Positions 25,182 through 37,647 of a stretch of 64,000 nt of DNA are shown piece after piece; position 1 is the stretch's first letter; each line of letters begins with the position of its first letter. This DNA comes from Laetmonice hystrix. Lineage: Eukaryota. The stretch is from assembly GCA_965235115.1 (NCBI GenBank), contig OZ249453.1, positions 3,410,001 to 3,474,000 on the forward strand, written 5' to 3'. The position numbers and the translations under genes are program-made. The notes beneath the pieces are model-generated. The model had not been told where the DNA came from, did not search any database, and saw only the letters and a program-made list of their open reading frames with translations.

Positions 25182-26764
25182 GACGACCTGAGCTCAAGCG
25201 GGGAATCGAGTCCACCGAGTCCAGCCCCGGCGCAGGAGGTCCTCGACTACAAGGTACTGCAGCCCCTGCAGCCACAGCCACAGCCCCACGTCCCGTCGCC
25301 GGTAGAGGGCGCCCGACTGTCACCCTCCCTCCCATTGGTCGGAACGACTTCCGTTATCAACCAGGTACCGGTACCCGTGCTGCCCTCTATCCCAGCCGTG
25401 GTGAAGCCCACGTCAGGGCCGCCTCCGACGACGTCTCCGGCACCCCAGCCCTTGCATGTGGCTCCACCTAGCGTGGAGAGAGAGAGACTCAGGGAGTTGG
25501 AGAGACACCGCGAGTTTGAGCAACAGCGAGAGCTCGAGCGGCAACGGGAGTTTGAGCGGCAGCGAGAGCTCGAGCGGCAACACCTGGAGCGGCAGCGTGA
25601 GCTGGAGCAACAGAGAGAGCTGGAACGGCAACGCGAGTTGGAGCGGCAGAAGGCCGAGCAACAGCAGCGGGAACTAGAGCGGCAACGCGAGGCTGAGCGA
25701 CTGCGCGAGTTGGAGCGACAGCGCGAGGCGGAGCGCCTGGAACACGAGCGGAGAGAGTTAGAGAAACAGAGAGACTTAGAGAGAGAACACCAGCGGGACC
25801 TGGAGAGGGAGCGCGGCGTCCCGGAGCGGGTCAGGGAGCGGGAGGTGGAGCGGCCACCGCAGGGGCTGCCGCTGTTGGCGGCACACCCCTCACCGCTGCC
25901 ACCGCCGCCTCCGCTGCAGGGCCTGGCCTTGCTCCAGCAGGGCCCGCCCCATGTACCGCAGCAACCCCCGCCGGCCTCCCTGCCCCCACTACCCGCCTCA
26001 ACGCCCTCACACCCGACCCCACCCCCAGCACCGCCCCTCACCTCAATAAAACAGGAGATTCTGGAGGTGCCCGACCTCCCCCCACGTCACAAGGTGGCGC
26101 CACCACTACACCGACCCGCCCTCTCCCCACCCCCGCCTTTGTTATCACAACAACAGCAGCAACAATCACATTCACAACAACAACCACCTCATCAACAACA
26201 ACCACCACAACCACAGCCACAGCCACAGCAGCCACAACTTCCGCTACAGCAAGGGGGTCAACCGCACCCACATCCCCACTCCCACCCAAACCCCAACCCC
26301 AACCCTCATCAACCACCCCCACACTCGCACCACCAGTCACACCCTTCATACCCGCACCACCCCTCTCACCCCGCCCACCTCCCACACCCCACCCTCTCCC
26401 CACACCCCGCCCTCTCCCCACACTCCCTAGCCCACCTTCCTATTCATCTCCAAAGCGTCCCACTACAGGCTCCGCCTTCGTTGCCAGGCAACCACCCTTC
26501 GTTTTCAATACCTCACGTTCAAATCAAACAGGAACGACCTGCCTCTCCTCAGAGTTCAAGGTCGCCCCTGCCAAGACCGAGGTCACGGTCAAAGTCCCCC
26601 ATGAAGTCACAGTCACCGCCAAGGTCAAGGTCTCCGCTGAGGTCAAGGTCGCGATCAAGGTCGAGGTCACGATCTCCAGTGTCCAGTCCAGAGCCTGAGA
26701 GGCGAAGTCCAAGCCCTGAGCCCCGCATTATCAACGAACCGTGCCATAAGAGTGCTAATGCAAT
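25182..26764 (+). CDS. RERE: RERE large low-complexity exon: RE/Q repeats, P/Q/H-rich tract, RS dipeptides, RSPSPEP...EPCHKSANA
   Basis: ttcttcag / gtgagt; 1583 nt, in frame with track ORF 25335-26768; conserved QIKQE...RSPSPEP atrophin motif; phase 0 to 2. Confidence 0.93.
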
Positions 26765-26951
26765 GTGAGTTTTCTCTCTTCACGCAAACTTCAACTTGTA
26801 GTAACAGTTTCAATTTGTTTTTGTTTATTTTTGTCAAAGGAATTTATCCTCGAATTTATTCAGAATGATAGACATAAAGATGCATGTTATAAAAGGCCAA
26901 GTGACTGAATAACGTTGTTACTAACCCAAGCTTCTGTGCTTTTACTTTCAG

Positions 26952-27201
26952 TTTTATTCGCCACATTTTCCGTGGCTACAACACGTGTTCACGTTGTGAC
27001 GTTGAATTCAAACCTCATACGGACTCGAAACTTGCACGTAAACGTGAAGAGAGGTTGAAGCGGGCGTCTCAGCCGCCGGCCTCGGCCCCCGGCCCGCCGG
27101 CTCCGGCCGCCCCTCCACCACCACCTCCCCCACCTCCTCCGAAGGAAGAGAAACGAACAGAACCTACACCCCCACCAAAGAGAGAGGAAGAAAAGGTAGC
27201 G
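26952..27201 (+). CDS. RERE: RERE exon (IFIRHIFRGYNTCSRCDVEFKPHTDSKLARKREE + poly-Pro)
   Basis: actttcag / gtaagc; matches atrophin [20 protein letters not shown]...SKLAKKREE; phase 2 to 0. Confidence 0.93.
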
Positions 27202-27642
27202 GTAAGCAGCTTTAGTCATACAAAGCACAATGAACACTCCACCGGGACTTTTGTCACAAAATCGTAGCAATTGCCGTGGCCTGTAACTTGTGGTTTGGTC
27301 CATTTTGAAAAGTCAGTACTTCTCAAAGTGGGGTAGTGTAGCACCCCTTGGCTGAAAATTGGAGAAACGAGTTCTGGAATGTCCTCAGGATAAATTCTTA
27401 AGTTTCTTTCCGGCCTTTTGTTTTTTTATTGGAACTTTTATAACGCACGACCTCCTCTGGGAATATGCGTAGATATGATCTGACAAAGGACAGTTGTTTC
27501 CCTACCATGTTCAGACCAATTGTATGTTAGTTAAAAACCAGCAGTAGATACTCCTTTGACTGTTCCTAACATGTGAAAATTTGAGTTTCTCTCTGTCTTT
27601 CACACGTTCATAGAGTGGGAGTGAGTTTTCTGGAGTCCCGCT

Positions 27643-27740
27643 ATTTGGGTTTCAATTTTCAGAAGTTATTTGGGTTTCAATTTTCAGAAGTTATTTGGGT
27701 TTTAATTTTCAGAAGTTGTTTGGGTTTCAGTTTTCAGAAG
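27643..27740. repeat. 26 bp tandem repeat, about 4 copies
   Basis: TTTGGGTTTCAATTTTCAGAAGTTAT repeated. Confidence 0.85.
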
Positions 27741-27904
27741 GCATCCATCCCTCATTGTGTTTCCCTCCGTACTGTTACGAGTGCATCTGTTTTGTCAACG
27801 ATACAATCCCTAGGAATCAATTTGTCGTTTTGAATACCTCTCCTACTAGTATAATGGTTTGATGTTACCAGCCGGGCCGGTCAGGAGGATGGTATTATAA
27901 TTGT

Positions 27905-28023
27905 AACCACTCAGTGGCTTCTATGAGGTAATCTGAGTGCCAGTCTTCAACCGTTTTACAATATGAACCACTCAGTGGCTTCTATGAGGTAATCTTGAGT
28001 GCCAGTCTTCAAACGTTTTACAG
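27905..28023. repeat. Two-copy direct repeat of about 57 bp (period 62)
   Basis: AACCACTCAGTGGCTTCTATGAGGTAATCT...GTTTTACA twice. Confidence 0.85.
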
Positions 28024-29140
28024 AGAGACCCAGAGATTGCCGCCCTGATGACGGGTGTCGGGAAAGCAGGTGGTTAGTGGGGGAGTGCCCGGCCTTTGAG
28101 GTCCCCGGGGGAGGGTAGTAGTCAGTCATTGGAGCATCGCAGGTCAAAGTGTGATGGTTACATGGCCCCACCAATAGAGGCCTCATCCTCAGCCTCAGCC
28201 CCTGCGGGGTGAGGACAAAAATCAATAGCTTCCTGGCTGTACGGCGTGGGCAGTGTTCCTGTATGGAACCCGGTGTCTGAGCGTCGACTACCTATCTTGT
28301 CCTGAGGCCTGCGGCCGGGGTCGGGCCAGCGGGCCGCCGGCAGTGTGTGATAAGGCGCCGGGATATGACAAGACGGGTTAGGCAGCACCTGATCAGGCCG
28401 ACTTTTATCGGATGAACCAGTTGCTATAGTAATGAGCAGTGGCCACCAGAATGGCCTCCATTGTTAGCGGGTTGTCGGATATAATAGGTAGGCAGTCAGT
28501 TTGCGATCGGTGCTCCACATGTTGCCATGGTAACCCGGGGTGGGGGAGGGGTGGGGGGTTTAGAAAGCCCCGCCGCGGGTCGTAATGATACCAGAGGTAG
28601 AGTTTGCGTGAAACAGCTGACATGATGACGCAGAGATTCAGGGCAGATCGAGGCGAGGACACACGCAATAATTGACCCTCTCATTTTAAATCCTGCTACA
28701 GTGCCGCCAAAATACAGCCGCCAAAATACAGACTAGCTCAAATAGTTGGCAGATCGGGGGTGATTAGTACAGTAATCAAAAGGTGTTGTTGGGTTGTGGG
28801 GATGGGGGTTTAGGACTGGGGCGGGAAGGAAGGATGAGGGTTTCTCACATCGCCGGCCGTCCCCCTGTAAGTGGCGCCACCTACCTGGTCGTCACAGCGC
28901 CGCCTAGCGGTGAGTGGGGTCAATATTGTGCGTCAGGACCTAATCATTCAGTCAAATTTGTAGATGGGGGGAGGGGGGGGGGGGATCGCAGGGAAGGTCG
29001 GTAAATGTGAATAGTCACGGCACTACACCCATGTTGCTCAGCCCCTGAGATAAAAATAAAGCGTTGACTGCATTGACTGAGTATTTTATCACTTTTAGGG
29101 TAAGGCATCATATCTTTACCAGTTAGTGTCCCCCTAGGGA

Positions 29141-30446
29141 CTGTGTCATATTTCTGTCCAGTTTCCCGCTCACTCACACGGTATATTTTTGTGCCCCACC
29201 TACGGGAATGTGTGATATTTCTGTCCAGTTTCCCGCCCACTCACACGTTATATTGTGACCCCCCCCCCCCGAATGTGTGATATTTCTGTCCAGTTTCCCG
29301 CCCACTCACACGTTATATTGTTGTGACCCCACCCCCCCGAATGTGTGATATTTCTGCCCAGTTTCCCGCCTACTCACACGTTATATTGTTGTGACCCCCC
29401 CCCCCCCGAATGTGTGATATTTCTGTCCAGTTTCCCGCCTACTCACACGTTATATTGTTGTGACCCCCCCCCCCCCCCGAATGTGTGATATTTCTGTCCA
29501 GTTTCCCGCCACTCACACAGTATATTGTTGTGACCCCACCCCGCCGGACTGTAATATACTCACACGGTATATTGTTGTGACCCCCCCCGCCGGACTGTAA
29601 TATACTCACACGGTATATTGTTGTGACCCCCCCCCCCGCCGGACTGTAATATACTCACACGGTATATTGTTGTGACCCCCCCCCCCGCCGGACTGTAATA
29701 TACTCACACGGTATATTGTTGTGACCCCCCCCCCCCGCCGGACTGTAATATACTCACACGGTATATTGTTGTGACCCCCCCCCCCGCCGGACTGTAATAT
29801 ACTCACACGGTATATTGTTGTGAACCCCCCCCCCGCCGGACTGTAATATACTCACACGGTATATTGTTGTGAACCCCCCCCCCCGCCGGACTGTAATATA
29901 CTCACACGGTATATTGTTGTGACCCCCCCCCCCCCCGCCGGACTGTAATATACTCACACGGTATATTGTTGTGACCCCCCCCCCCCGCCGGACTGTAATA
30001 TACTCACATGGTATATTGTTGTGACCCCCCCTCCCCCCGCCGGACTGTAATATACTCACACGGTATATTGTTGTGACCCCCCCCCCCGCCGGACTGTAAT
30101 ATACTCACACGGTATATTGTTGTGACCCCCCCCCCCGCCGGACTGTAATATACTCACACGGTATATTGTTGTGACCCCCCCCCCCCGCCGGACTGTAATA
30201 TACTCACACGGTATATTGTTGTGACCCCCCCCCCCCCCCGCCGGACTGTAATATACTCACACGGTATATTGTTGTGACCCCCCCCCCCCCCCCCGCCGGA
30301 CTGTAATATACTCACACGGTATATTGTTGTGACCCCCCCCCCCGCCGGACTGTAATATACTCACACGGTATATTGTTGTGACCCCCCGGAATGTGTGATA
30401 TTTCTGCCCAGTTTCCCGCCCACTCACACAGTATATTGTTGTGACT
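29141..30446. repeat. Composite minisatellite (about 60-bp and 50-bp units, variable poly-C) abutting a RERE acceptor
   Basis: ACTCACACGGTATATTGTTGTGACCCC core shared by both unit types. Confidence 0.95.
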
Positions 30447-30451
30447 TACAG

Positions 30452-30638
30452 AAGAAGCCAGAGACGCCGCCCATGAATCAGACAGCTGACGCCCAGATTA
30501 CGTCGTCATTGATGGCAAGCCAACAGTTACCACAGATGTACGGCAGTGGTCGGATTACACCGGGCCGATTACCGTACGGACACGATCCTACCCCAGCTCT
30601 CCGTCAGCTCTCCGAGTACGCCCGACCTCATGCTATCG
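30452..30638 (+). CDS. RERE: RERE exon (KKPETPP...GHDPTPALRQLSEYARPHAI)
   Basis: ttacag / gtacgt; hallmark TPALRxLSEYARPH motif; phase 0 to 1. Confidence 0.93.
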
Positions 30639-30722
30639 GTACGTCTCGGCCACGCTCGGCTACTGTCGGCAGTGGCCGTAGTTTTTGTTATCTTGAACCA
30701 AACTTGACTGCTTTGATTACTT

Positions 30723-31109
30723 CAGGGTTCCTACGCTCCTAGAAAATCCTGGAAAAAAAGGTATCCTGGAAAGTCCTGGAAAACTCCTGGAAAACTGGCA
30801 AAACTACCAGTTATCCAGGAATCATGGGAATTTTCCTGGAAAAAGTCGCGAAAATCCTGGATGCGCGGAGGTCTTAGCGACGTGTAGATAGGTGTATTGC
30901 AATAAAACTTAAGATCTAACTATATCAGTATTTCAAAGAAAGTGGGTGGAACGGATGGCTGTGAGGGAGGTGAAGGCCATAGTTTTCTAACCTTATTTAT
31001 AGCATGAGATTGATTTACCCTGTTGACTGTTGGAAAAAAAACTTTGTTTTTATCCTGGAATATCCTGGAAAACTTCTGGAATTTTTTTGCTAGATGTGTG
31101 GGAACCCTG
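30723..31109. mobile_element. TIR MITE (hAT- or P-like), 387 bp, with sub-terminal TCCTGGAAAA repeats
   Basis: CAGGGTTCCTAC...GTGGGAACCCTG; ATTACTT direct repeat on both flanks. Confidence 0.75.
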
Positions 31110-31518
31110 ATTACTTACCTTGGTTCTATGGTTTTGTATATGTTGGACCCTCTCCCCCACCCTCTTCCCCCACTCGCAAACAGTGGTTCCAACTCCAATG
31201 TGACAGTTGGGGTGGGAAAGGTCCCCAGAAACTAATTAATACATTGATAAATTACTAGTTTATTTGTTTATGTAGTTCATTTACATATTCATCTATGATT
31301 TCTTTAAGTTGGAGATCAATTGTAGAGATGATCTGTTGAGAGTTTGAATTTTGAAATTTGAATCTTCGCAATATAAAAAAAGTGTTGGGTTGGCTCTGCA
31401 AGAAAAGAGAGGATGCGTTAAGAAAATCCGTGCTTATCGTTTATTGGCGTGTGTCACAAAATGTACAAAATTCGGTTGGTTTGTAAAGTTAGGGGCGTTT
31501 GAAGTAGGTCTGTTTTCG

Positions 31519-32466
31519 GGAGACTCAATGCAGACATTTGGCAGATAAAGCCTCCTGTAATGGGGACTCAAGGCAGACATTTGGCCGATAAAGCCTGCTG
31601 TAATGGGGACTCAAGGCAGACATTTGGCCGATAAAGCCTCCTGTAATGGGGACTCAAGGCAGACATTTGGCCGATAAAGCCTGCTGTAATGGGGACTCAA
31701 GGCAAACATTTGGCCGATAAAGCCTCCTGTAATGGGGACTCAAGGCAGACATTTGGCCAATAACGCCTCCTGTAATGGGGACTCAAGGCAGACATTTGGC
31801 AAATAACGCCTCCTGTAATGGGGACTCAAGGCAGACATTTGGCCGATAACGCCTCCTGTAATGGGGACTCAAGGCAGACATTTGGCTGATAAAGCCTCCT
31901 GTAATGGGGACTCAAGGCAGACATTTGGTCGATAAAGCCTCCTGTAATGGGGACTCAAGGCAGACATTTGGTCGATAAAGCCTCCTGTTTTGGGGACTCA
32001 AGGCAGACATTTGGTCGATAAAGCCTCCTGTAATGGGGACTCAAGGCAGACATTTGGCTGATAAAGCCTCCTGTAATGGGGACTCAAGGCAGACATTTGG
32101 TCGATAAAGCCTCCTGTAATGGGGACTCAAGGCAGACATTTGGCTGATAAAGCCTCCTGTAATGGGGACTCAAGGCAGACATTTGGTCGATAAAGCCTCC
32201 TGTAATGGGGACTCAAGGCAGACATTTGGCTGATAAAGCCTCCTGTAATGGGGACTCAAGGCAGACATTTGGTCGATAAAGCCTCCTGTTTTGGGGACTC
32301 AAGGCAGACATTTGGTCGATAAAGCCTCCTGTAATGGGGACTCAAGGCAGACATTTGGCCAATAACGCCTCCTGTAATGGGGACTCAAGGCAGACATTTG
32401 GTCGATAAAGCCTGCTGTAATGGGGACTCAAGGCAGACATTTGGCCGATAAAGCCTGCTGTAATGG
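31519..32466. repeat. 43 bp minisatellite (GGGGACTCAAGGCAGACATTTGGCCGATAAAGCCTCCTGTAAT), about 22 copies
   Basis: Tandem periodicity. Confidence 0.97.
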
Positions 32467-33622
32467 AGTTTCTCTCAATCCTGTGCTGTTTACCGGAAAT
32501 AAAAGGGCGGGGGTTCAGAATAGAAGATCAGACCATTTGCAGGACTGAAGTAGAATTGCCCATCTTTTGATTTAAATCTGCGTTAAATCATGGCCCTTCG
32601 AAAATACTTACTAAATGAAAACCACAATTTGCTCAACCTCGCCAGGTTGTTCGAAATATACATAGCGGGAATTAATTGTCGTCTTTTGGGCTCAGGGCTT
32701 GAAGTTAGACATGGTTTCATTTTCCGAACGGCAGCTATGTTTCTGGAGTGCACCACAAAATTGGGAGCGTGATTGGATGGTTGTCACTTGGTCGGGTTTA
32801 TCGCTCGGACCAATAATTGGAAGGCATGGGTTTGATGGCAGTGGTGTTGTCTAAGTTCAGGCCCTGTGCCTTGTACCCTGTACCCTGTGTCCAGTTCTGA
32901 CTGTAGCGGTACATTTCATTGTTCATTGTAGAACTGACTGGAAAACGGTCGCCACCCTATCTGCATTGGTACCAAGCAGCCTGTGAGCATAATGTTCGCA
33001 TTTGCTACCTTTAAGTGGACTCGGGTCGAATTGGGGTCCAAAAGTTGGACCCCCAAGGGTTTTTTTAGGCTTCATCTAGGCTTTTGATTTGTAGTGTTAA
33101 AAGTTCTGCTACAAGCATCGATGATTTGGTGAAGTTTGTTTTTCCATAAAAAATATTCCAAAAGGTTCTAAATTAGAAATTGTTTTCATCTTTGGCATTA
33201 CGTGTAAGTTAAATATCGTGATTCAACTACAGCCAAACAGATGCACAGTGTGCAGTCGCGCGATTGCAAACATCCGTGCACACACACACACACACACACG
33301 TGATCCACGTATTCGCACACAAAATGTTCACCTACTACATGGTAATCTTACACGAGTACTGCTTGTAGCAAGATCAAGGAAGAACAGTTCGGGGAAGAAT
33401 AGCTCATTTTGCTCGACACCCGTTTACCAAAGTCACAAGCATTGCGCCTTAATGTAATAATTGGTTGGGACCAGTTTTGACCAATGCCCCAGTCGGTCGT
33501 GAATTCTGTGGCATAATGATGTTACTTCAACTGACCAGTAGAGGTCAGGCCTGGTGATTTGTGGATGGCCCCCTGGCGGGAAGCGGCGGGAATAATGTAT
33601 TGGTTCGATTTGATTCCAACAG

Positions 33623-33743
33623 GTGGCGGGCAGGAGCCCCCGCGGTCTCTGCCCTATGGGATGGCAGCGGGGCCGGGGGGTGGCATGGACCCCATGCTAC
33701 CCTACCGCATGGCCTCCATGTACCCCCCGGGATCTCGCGAGAG
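33623..33743 (+). CDS. RERE: RERE exon (GGQEPP...MDPMLPYRMASMYPPGSRER)
   Basis: ccaacag / gtacgt; phase 1 to 2; resembles DPLLAYHMPGLY. Confidence 0.88.
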
Positions 33744-33998
33744 GTACGTATATGACCTTCCCCTTGGCTAGCTTGGATACTTAACGAATTCAAAATAAAA
33801 AAAGTTGTAGTTTGTAGTAGGAATCGGTGCATAACTCACAGGAAAACATGCATTTAAAAAGATAGGAATCAAGCAAAAGATGTTAATTGTTTTCAGAAGT
33901 TTGACCACTTATGTAAACATTGCCAGCAAAAAAAATGGATAGTTTAGATATTGATGTGTTGGCAATCTTCAAAAAAGAACTATCTGCTTTGAATTTAG

Positions 33999-34126
33999 GT
34001 TGGAATTAGAATTACAACGAGACAAACAGGAACGCGATGCTCGGGAACGTGATCTCAGAGAACGTGAGTTACGTGAGATGGAGATCCGTGAAAAAATGAA
34101 GCAGGAACTCGAAATGAAACCACCAG
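33999..34126 (+). CDS. RERE: RERE exon (RLELELQRDKQERDARERDLRERELREMEIREKMKQELEMKPPG)
   Basis: tttag / gtaatc; phase 2 to 1; matches ERELREREIRER...MKPG. Confidence 0.92.
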
Positions 34127-34326
34127 GTAATCACTTGTTTTCATTGATTCTGAGGAATACGCATTACGCATCACGCCCACACCAAGTACACGTGGATTCC
34201 TGGCTTTACAGTTGTTTTAGTAATACGTTTTAGGCTATGAGTGTTTATTTGATAAGAATTGTTTTCTAAGTGCTGTTTGTTAATAGTCTGTGGCTAAGAG
34301 TTGTGTTGTGACCATTTTGTTTGCAG

Positions 34327-34518
34327 GGTTTGACCGATTACCGCCCGGTGCTAACCCTCTCGACCCTCACTGGGTGGAGTTACAGCGGCGGTACGGAGGA
34401 TTGCCGCCAGGAGGTCCAGGTGGCAATCCCCCGCCAGGACACATTCCTGGGGTATATCCCCCAGCTAGTATTGCCAACGACTTACTTCAGCGGGAGCGCG
34501 AACGGATCGAGAGATTCG
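34327..34518 (+). CDS. RERE: RERE exon (GFDRLPPGANPLDPHWVELQRRYGG...LLQRERERIERF)
   Basis: ttgcag / gtgagt; phase 1 to 1; open frame. Confidence 0.88.
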
Positions 34519-34546
34519 GTGAGTACTTGCTTCTATATGTGGGCAC

Positions 34547-36282
34547 GGTAGGTGGGATGGTTGGGTGTCAGGGGATGAGGGATATACTGAGTCATGGTAG
34601 GATGGTTGGGTGTCAGGGGATGAGGGATATACTAGAGTCATGGTAGGATGGTTGGGTGTCAGGGGATGAGGGATATACTAGAGTCATGTAGGATGGTTGG
34701 GTGTCAGGGGATGAGGGATATACTAGAGTCATGGTAGGATGGTTGGGTGTCAGGGGATGAGGGATATACTAGAGTCATGGTAGGATGGTTGGGTGTCAGG
34801 GGATGGGGGATATACTAGAGTCATGGTAGGATGGTTGGGTGTCAGGGGATGAGGGATATACTAGAGTCATGGTAGATGGTTGGGTGTCAGGGGATGGGGG
34901 ATATACTAGAGTCATGGTAGGATGGTTGGGTGTCAGGGGATGAGGGATATACTAGAGTCATTGAAGGATGGTTGGGTGTCAGGGGATGAGGGATATACTA
35001 GAGTCATGGTAGGATGGTTGGGTGTCAGGGGATGGGGGATATACTAGAGTCATGGTAGATGGTTGGGTGTCAGGGGATGAGGGATATACTAGAGTCATGG
35101 TAGGATGGTTGGGTGTCAGGGGATGAGGGATATACTGAGTCATGGTTGGGTGTCAGGGGATGAGGGATATACTAGAGTCATGGTAGGATGGTTGGGTGTC
35201 AGGGGATGGGGGATATACTAGAGTCACGGTAGATGGTTGGGTGTCAGGGGATGAGGGATATACTGAGTCATGGTTGGGTGTCAGGGGATGAGGGATATAC
35301 TAGAGTCATTGAAGGATGGTTGGGTGTCAGGGGATGAGGGATATACTAGAGTCATGGTAGGATGGTTGGGTGTCAGGGGATGAGGGATATACTAGAGTCA
35401 TGGTAGGATGGTTGGGTGTCAGGGGATGAGGGATATACTAGAGTCATGGTAGGATGGTTGGGTGTCAGGGGATGAGGGATATACTGAGTCATGGTTGGGT
35501 GTCAGGGGATGAGGGATATACTAGAGTCATGGTAGGATGGTTGGGTGTCAGGGGATGAGGGATATACTAGAGTCATGGTAGATGGTTGGGTGTCAGGGGA
35601 TGAGGGATATACTAGAGTCATGTAGGATGGTTGGGTGTCAGGGGATGAGGGATATACTAGAGTCATGTAGGATGGTTGGGTGTCAGGGGATGAGGGATAT
35701 ACTAGAGTCATGGTAGAATGGTTGGGTGTCAGGGGATGAGGGATATACTAGAGTCATGGTAGGATGGTTGGGTGTCAGGGGATGAGGGATATACTAGAGT
35801 CATGGTAGTTGGTTGGGTGTCAGGGGATGGGGGATATACTAGAGTCATGGTAGGATGGTTGGGTGTCAGGGGATGGGGGATATACTAAAGTCATGGTAGG
35901 ATGGTTGGGTGTCAGGGGATGAGGGATATACTAGAGTCATGTAGGATGGTTGGGTGTCAGGGGATGAGGGATATACTAGAGTCATGGTAGGATGGTTGGG
36001 TGTCAGGGGATGGGGGATATACTAGTCATGGTAGGATGGTTGGGTGTCAGGGGATGAGGGATATACTAGAGTCATGGTAGGATGGTTGGGTGTCAGGGGA
36101 TGGGGGATATACTAGTCATGGTAGATGGTTGGGTGTCAGGGGATGAGGGATATACTAGAGTTATGTAGGATGGTTGGGTGTCAGGGGATGAAGGATATAC
36201 TAGAGTCATAGTAGGATGGTTGGGTGTCAGGGGATGAGGGATATACATGTACTAGAGTCATGGTAGGATGGTTGGGTGTCAG
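34547..36282. repeat. G-rich 46 bp minisatellite (GGTAGGATGGTTGGGTGTCAGGGGATGAGGGATATACTAGAGTCAT), about 38 copies
   Basis: Tandem periodicity. Confidence 0.97.
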
Positions 36283-36289
36283 AGTCATA

Positions 36290-37647
36290 GTAGTGATGGT
36301 GTATTAACCCACCAGATGTCGCCTCTGTACCAGTAGTGGTGGTGTATCAACCCACCAGATGTCGCCTCGGTACCAGTGCTGATTTATTAACCCACCAGAT
36401 GTCGCCAGTGTACCAGTAGTGGTGACGGTGTATTAACCCACCAGATGTCGCCAGTATACCAGTAGTAGTGGTGGTGTATTAACCCACCAGATGTCGCCAG
36501 TATACCAGTAGTGGTGGTGGTGGTGTATTAACCCACCAGATGTCGCCAGTGTACCAGTAGTGGTGGTGTATTAACCCACCAGATGTCGCCAGTATACCAG
36601 TAGTGGTGGTGACGGTGTATTAACCCACCAGATGTCGCCAGTATACCAGTAGTGGTGACGGTGTATTAACCCACCAGATGTCGCCAGTATACCAGTAGTG
36701 GTGACGGTGTATTAACACACCAGATGTCGCCAGTGTACCAGTAGTGGTGACGGTGTATTAACACACCAGATGTCGCCTGTGTACCAGTAGTGGTGGTGGT
36801 GGTGGTGTATTAACCCACCAGATGTCGCCAGTATACCAGTAGTGGTGGTGGTGGTGTATTAACCCACCAGATGTCGCCAGTGTACCAGTAGTGGTGACGG
36901 TGTATTAATTAACCCACCAAATGTCGCCAGTGTACCAGTAGTGGTGGTGGTGTATTAACCCCCCAGATGGCGCCTGTGTACCAGTAGTGGTTGATTAACC
37001 CACGAGATGTCGCCAGTGTACCAGTAGTGGTGACGGTGTATTAATTAACACACCAGATGTCGCCTGTGTACCAGTAGTGGTTGATTAACCCACCAGATGT
37101 CGCCAGTTTTCCAGTGGTGGTGGTGTATTAACCCACTAGATGTCGCCTGTGTACCAGTAGTGGTTGATTAACCCACCAGATGTCGCCAGTTTTCCAGTGG
37201 TGGTGGTGTATTAACCCACTAGATGTCGCCTGTGTACCAGTAGTGGTTGATTAACCCACCAGATGTCGCCAGTTTTCCAGTGGTGGTGGTGTATTAACCC
37301 ACTAGATGTCGCCCGTGTACCAGTAGTGGTGGTGTACCCACCAGATGTCGCCCCTGTACCAGTAGTGATAGTTAACCCACCAGATGTCGCCAGTGTACCA
37401 GTAGTGGTTTATTAACCCACCAGATGTCGCCCCTGTACCAGTAGTGATAGTTAACCCACCAGATGTCGCCAGTGTACCAGTAGTGGTTTATTAACCCACC
37501 AGATGTCGCCCCTGTACCAGTAGTGATAGTTAACCCACCAGATGTCGCCAGTGTACCAGTAGTGGTGGTGTACCCACCAGATGTCGCCCCTGTACCAGTA
37601 GTGGTTTATTAACCCACCAGACGTCGCCCGTGTACCAGTAGTGGTTT
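36290..37647. repeat. 39-52 bp minisatellite with a constant core CCACCAGATGTCGCC, about 31 copies
   Basis: Tandem periodicity with variable (GGT)n spacers. Confidence 0.96.

Noticed and set aside
25247-26421. Long minus-strand ORFs
   Set aside because: Antisense shadows of the low-complexity RERE exon.
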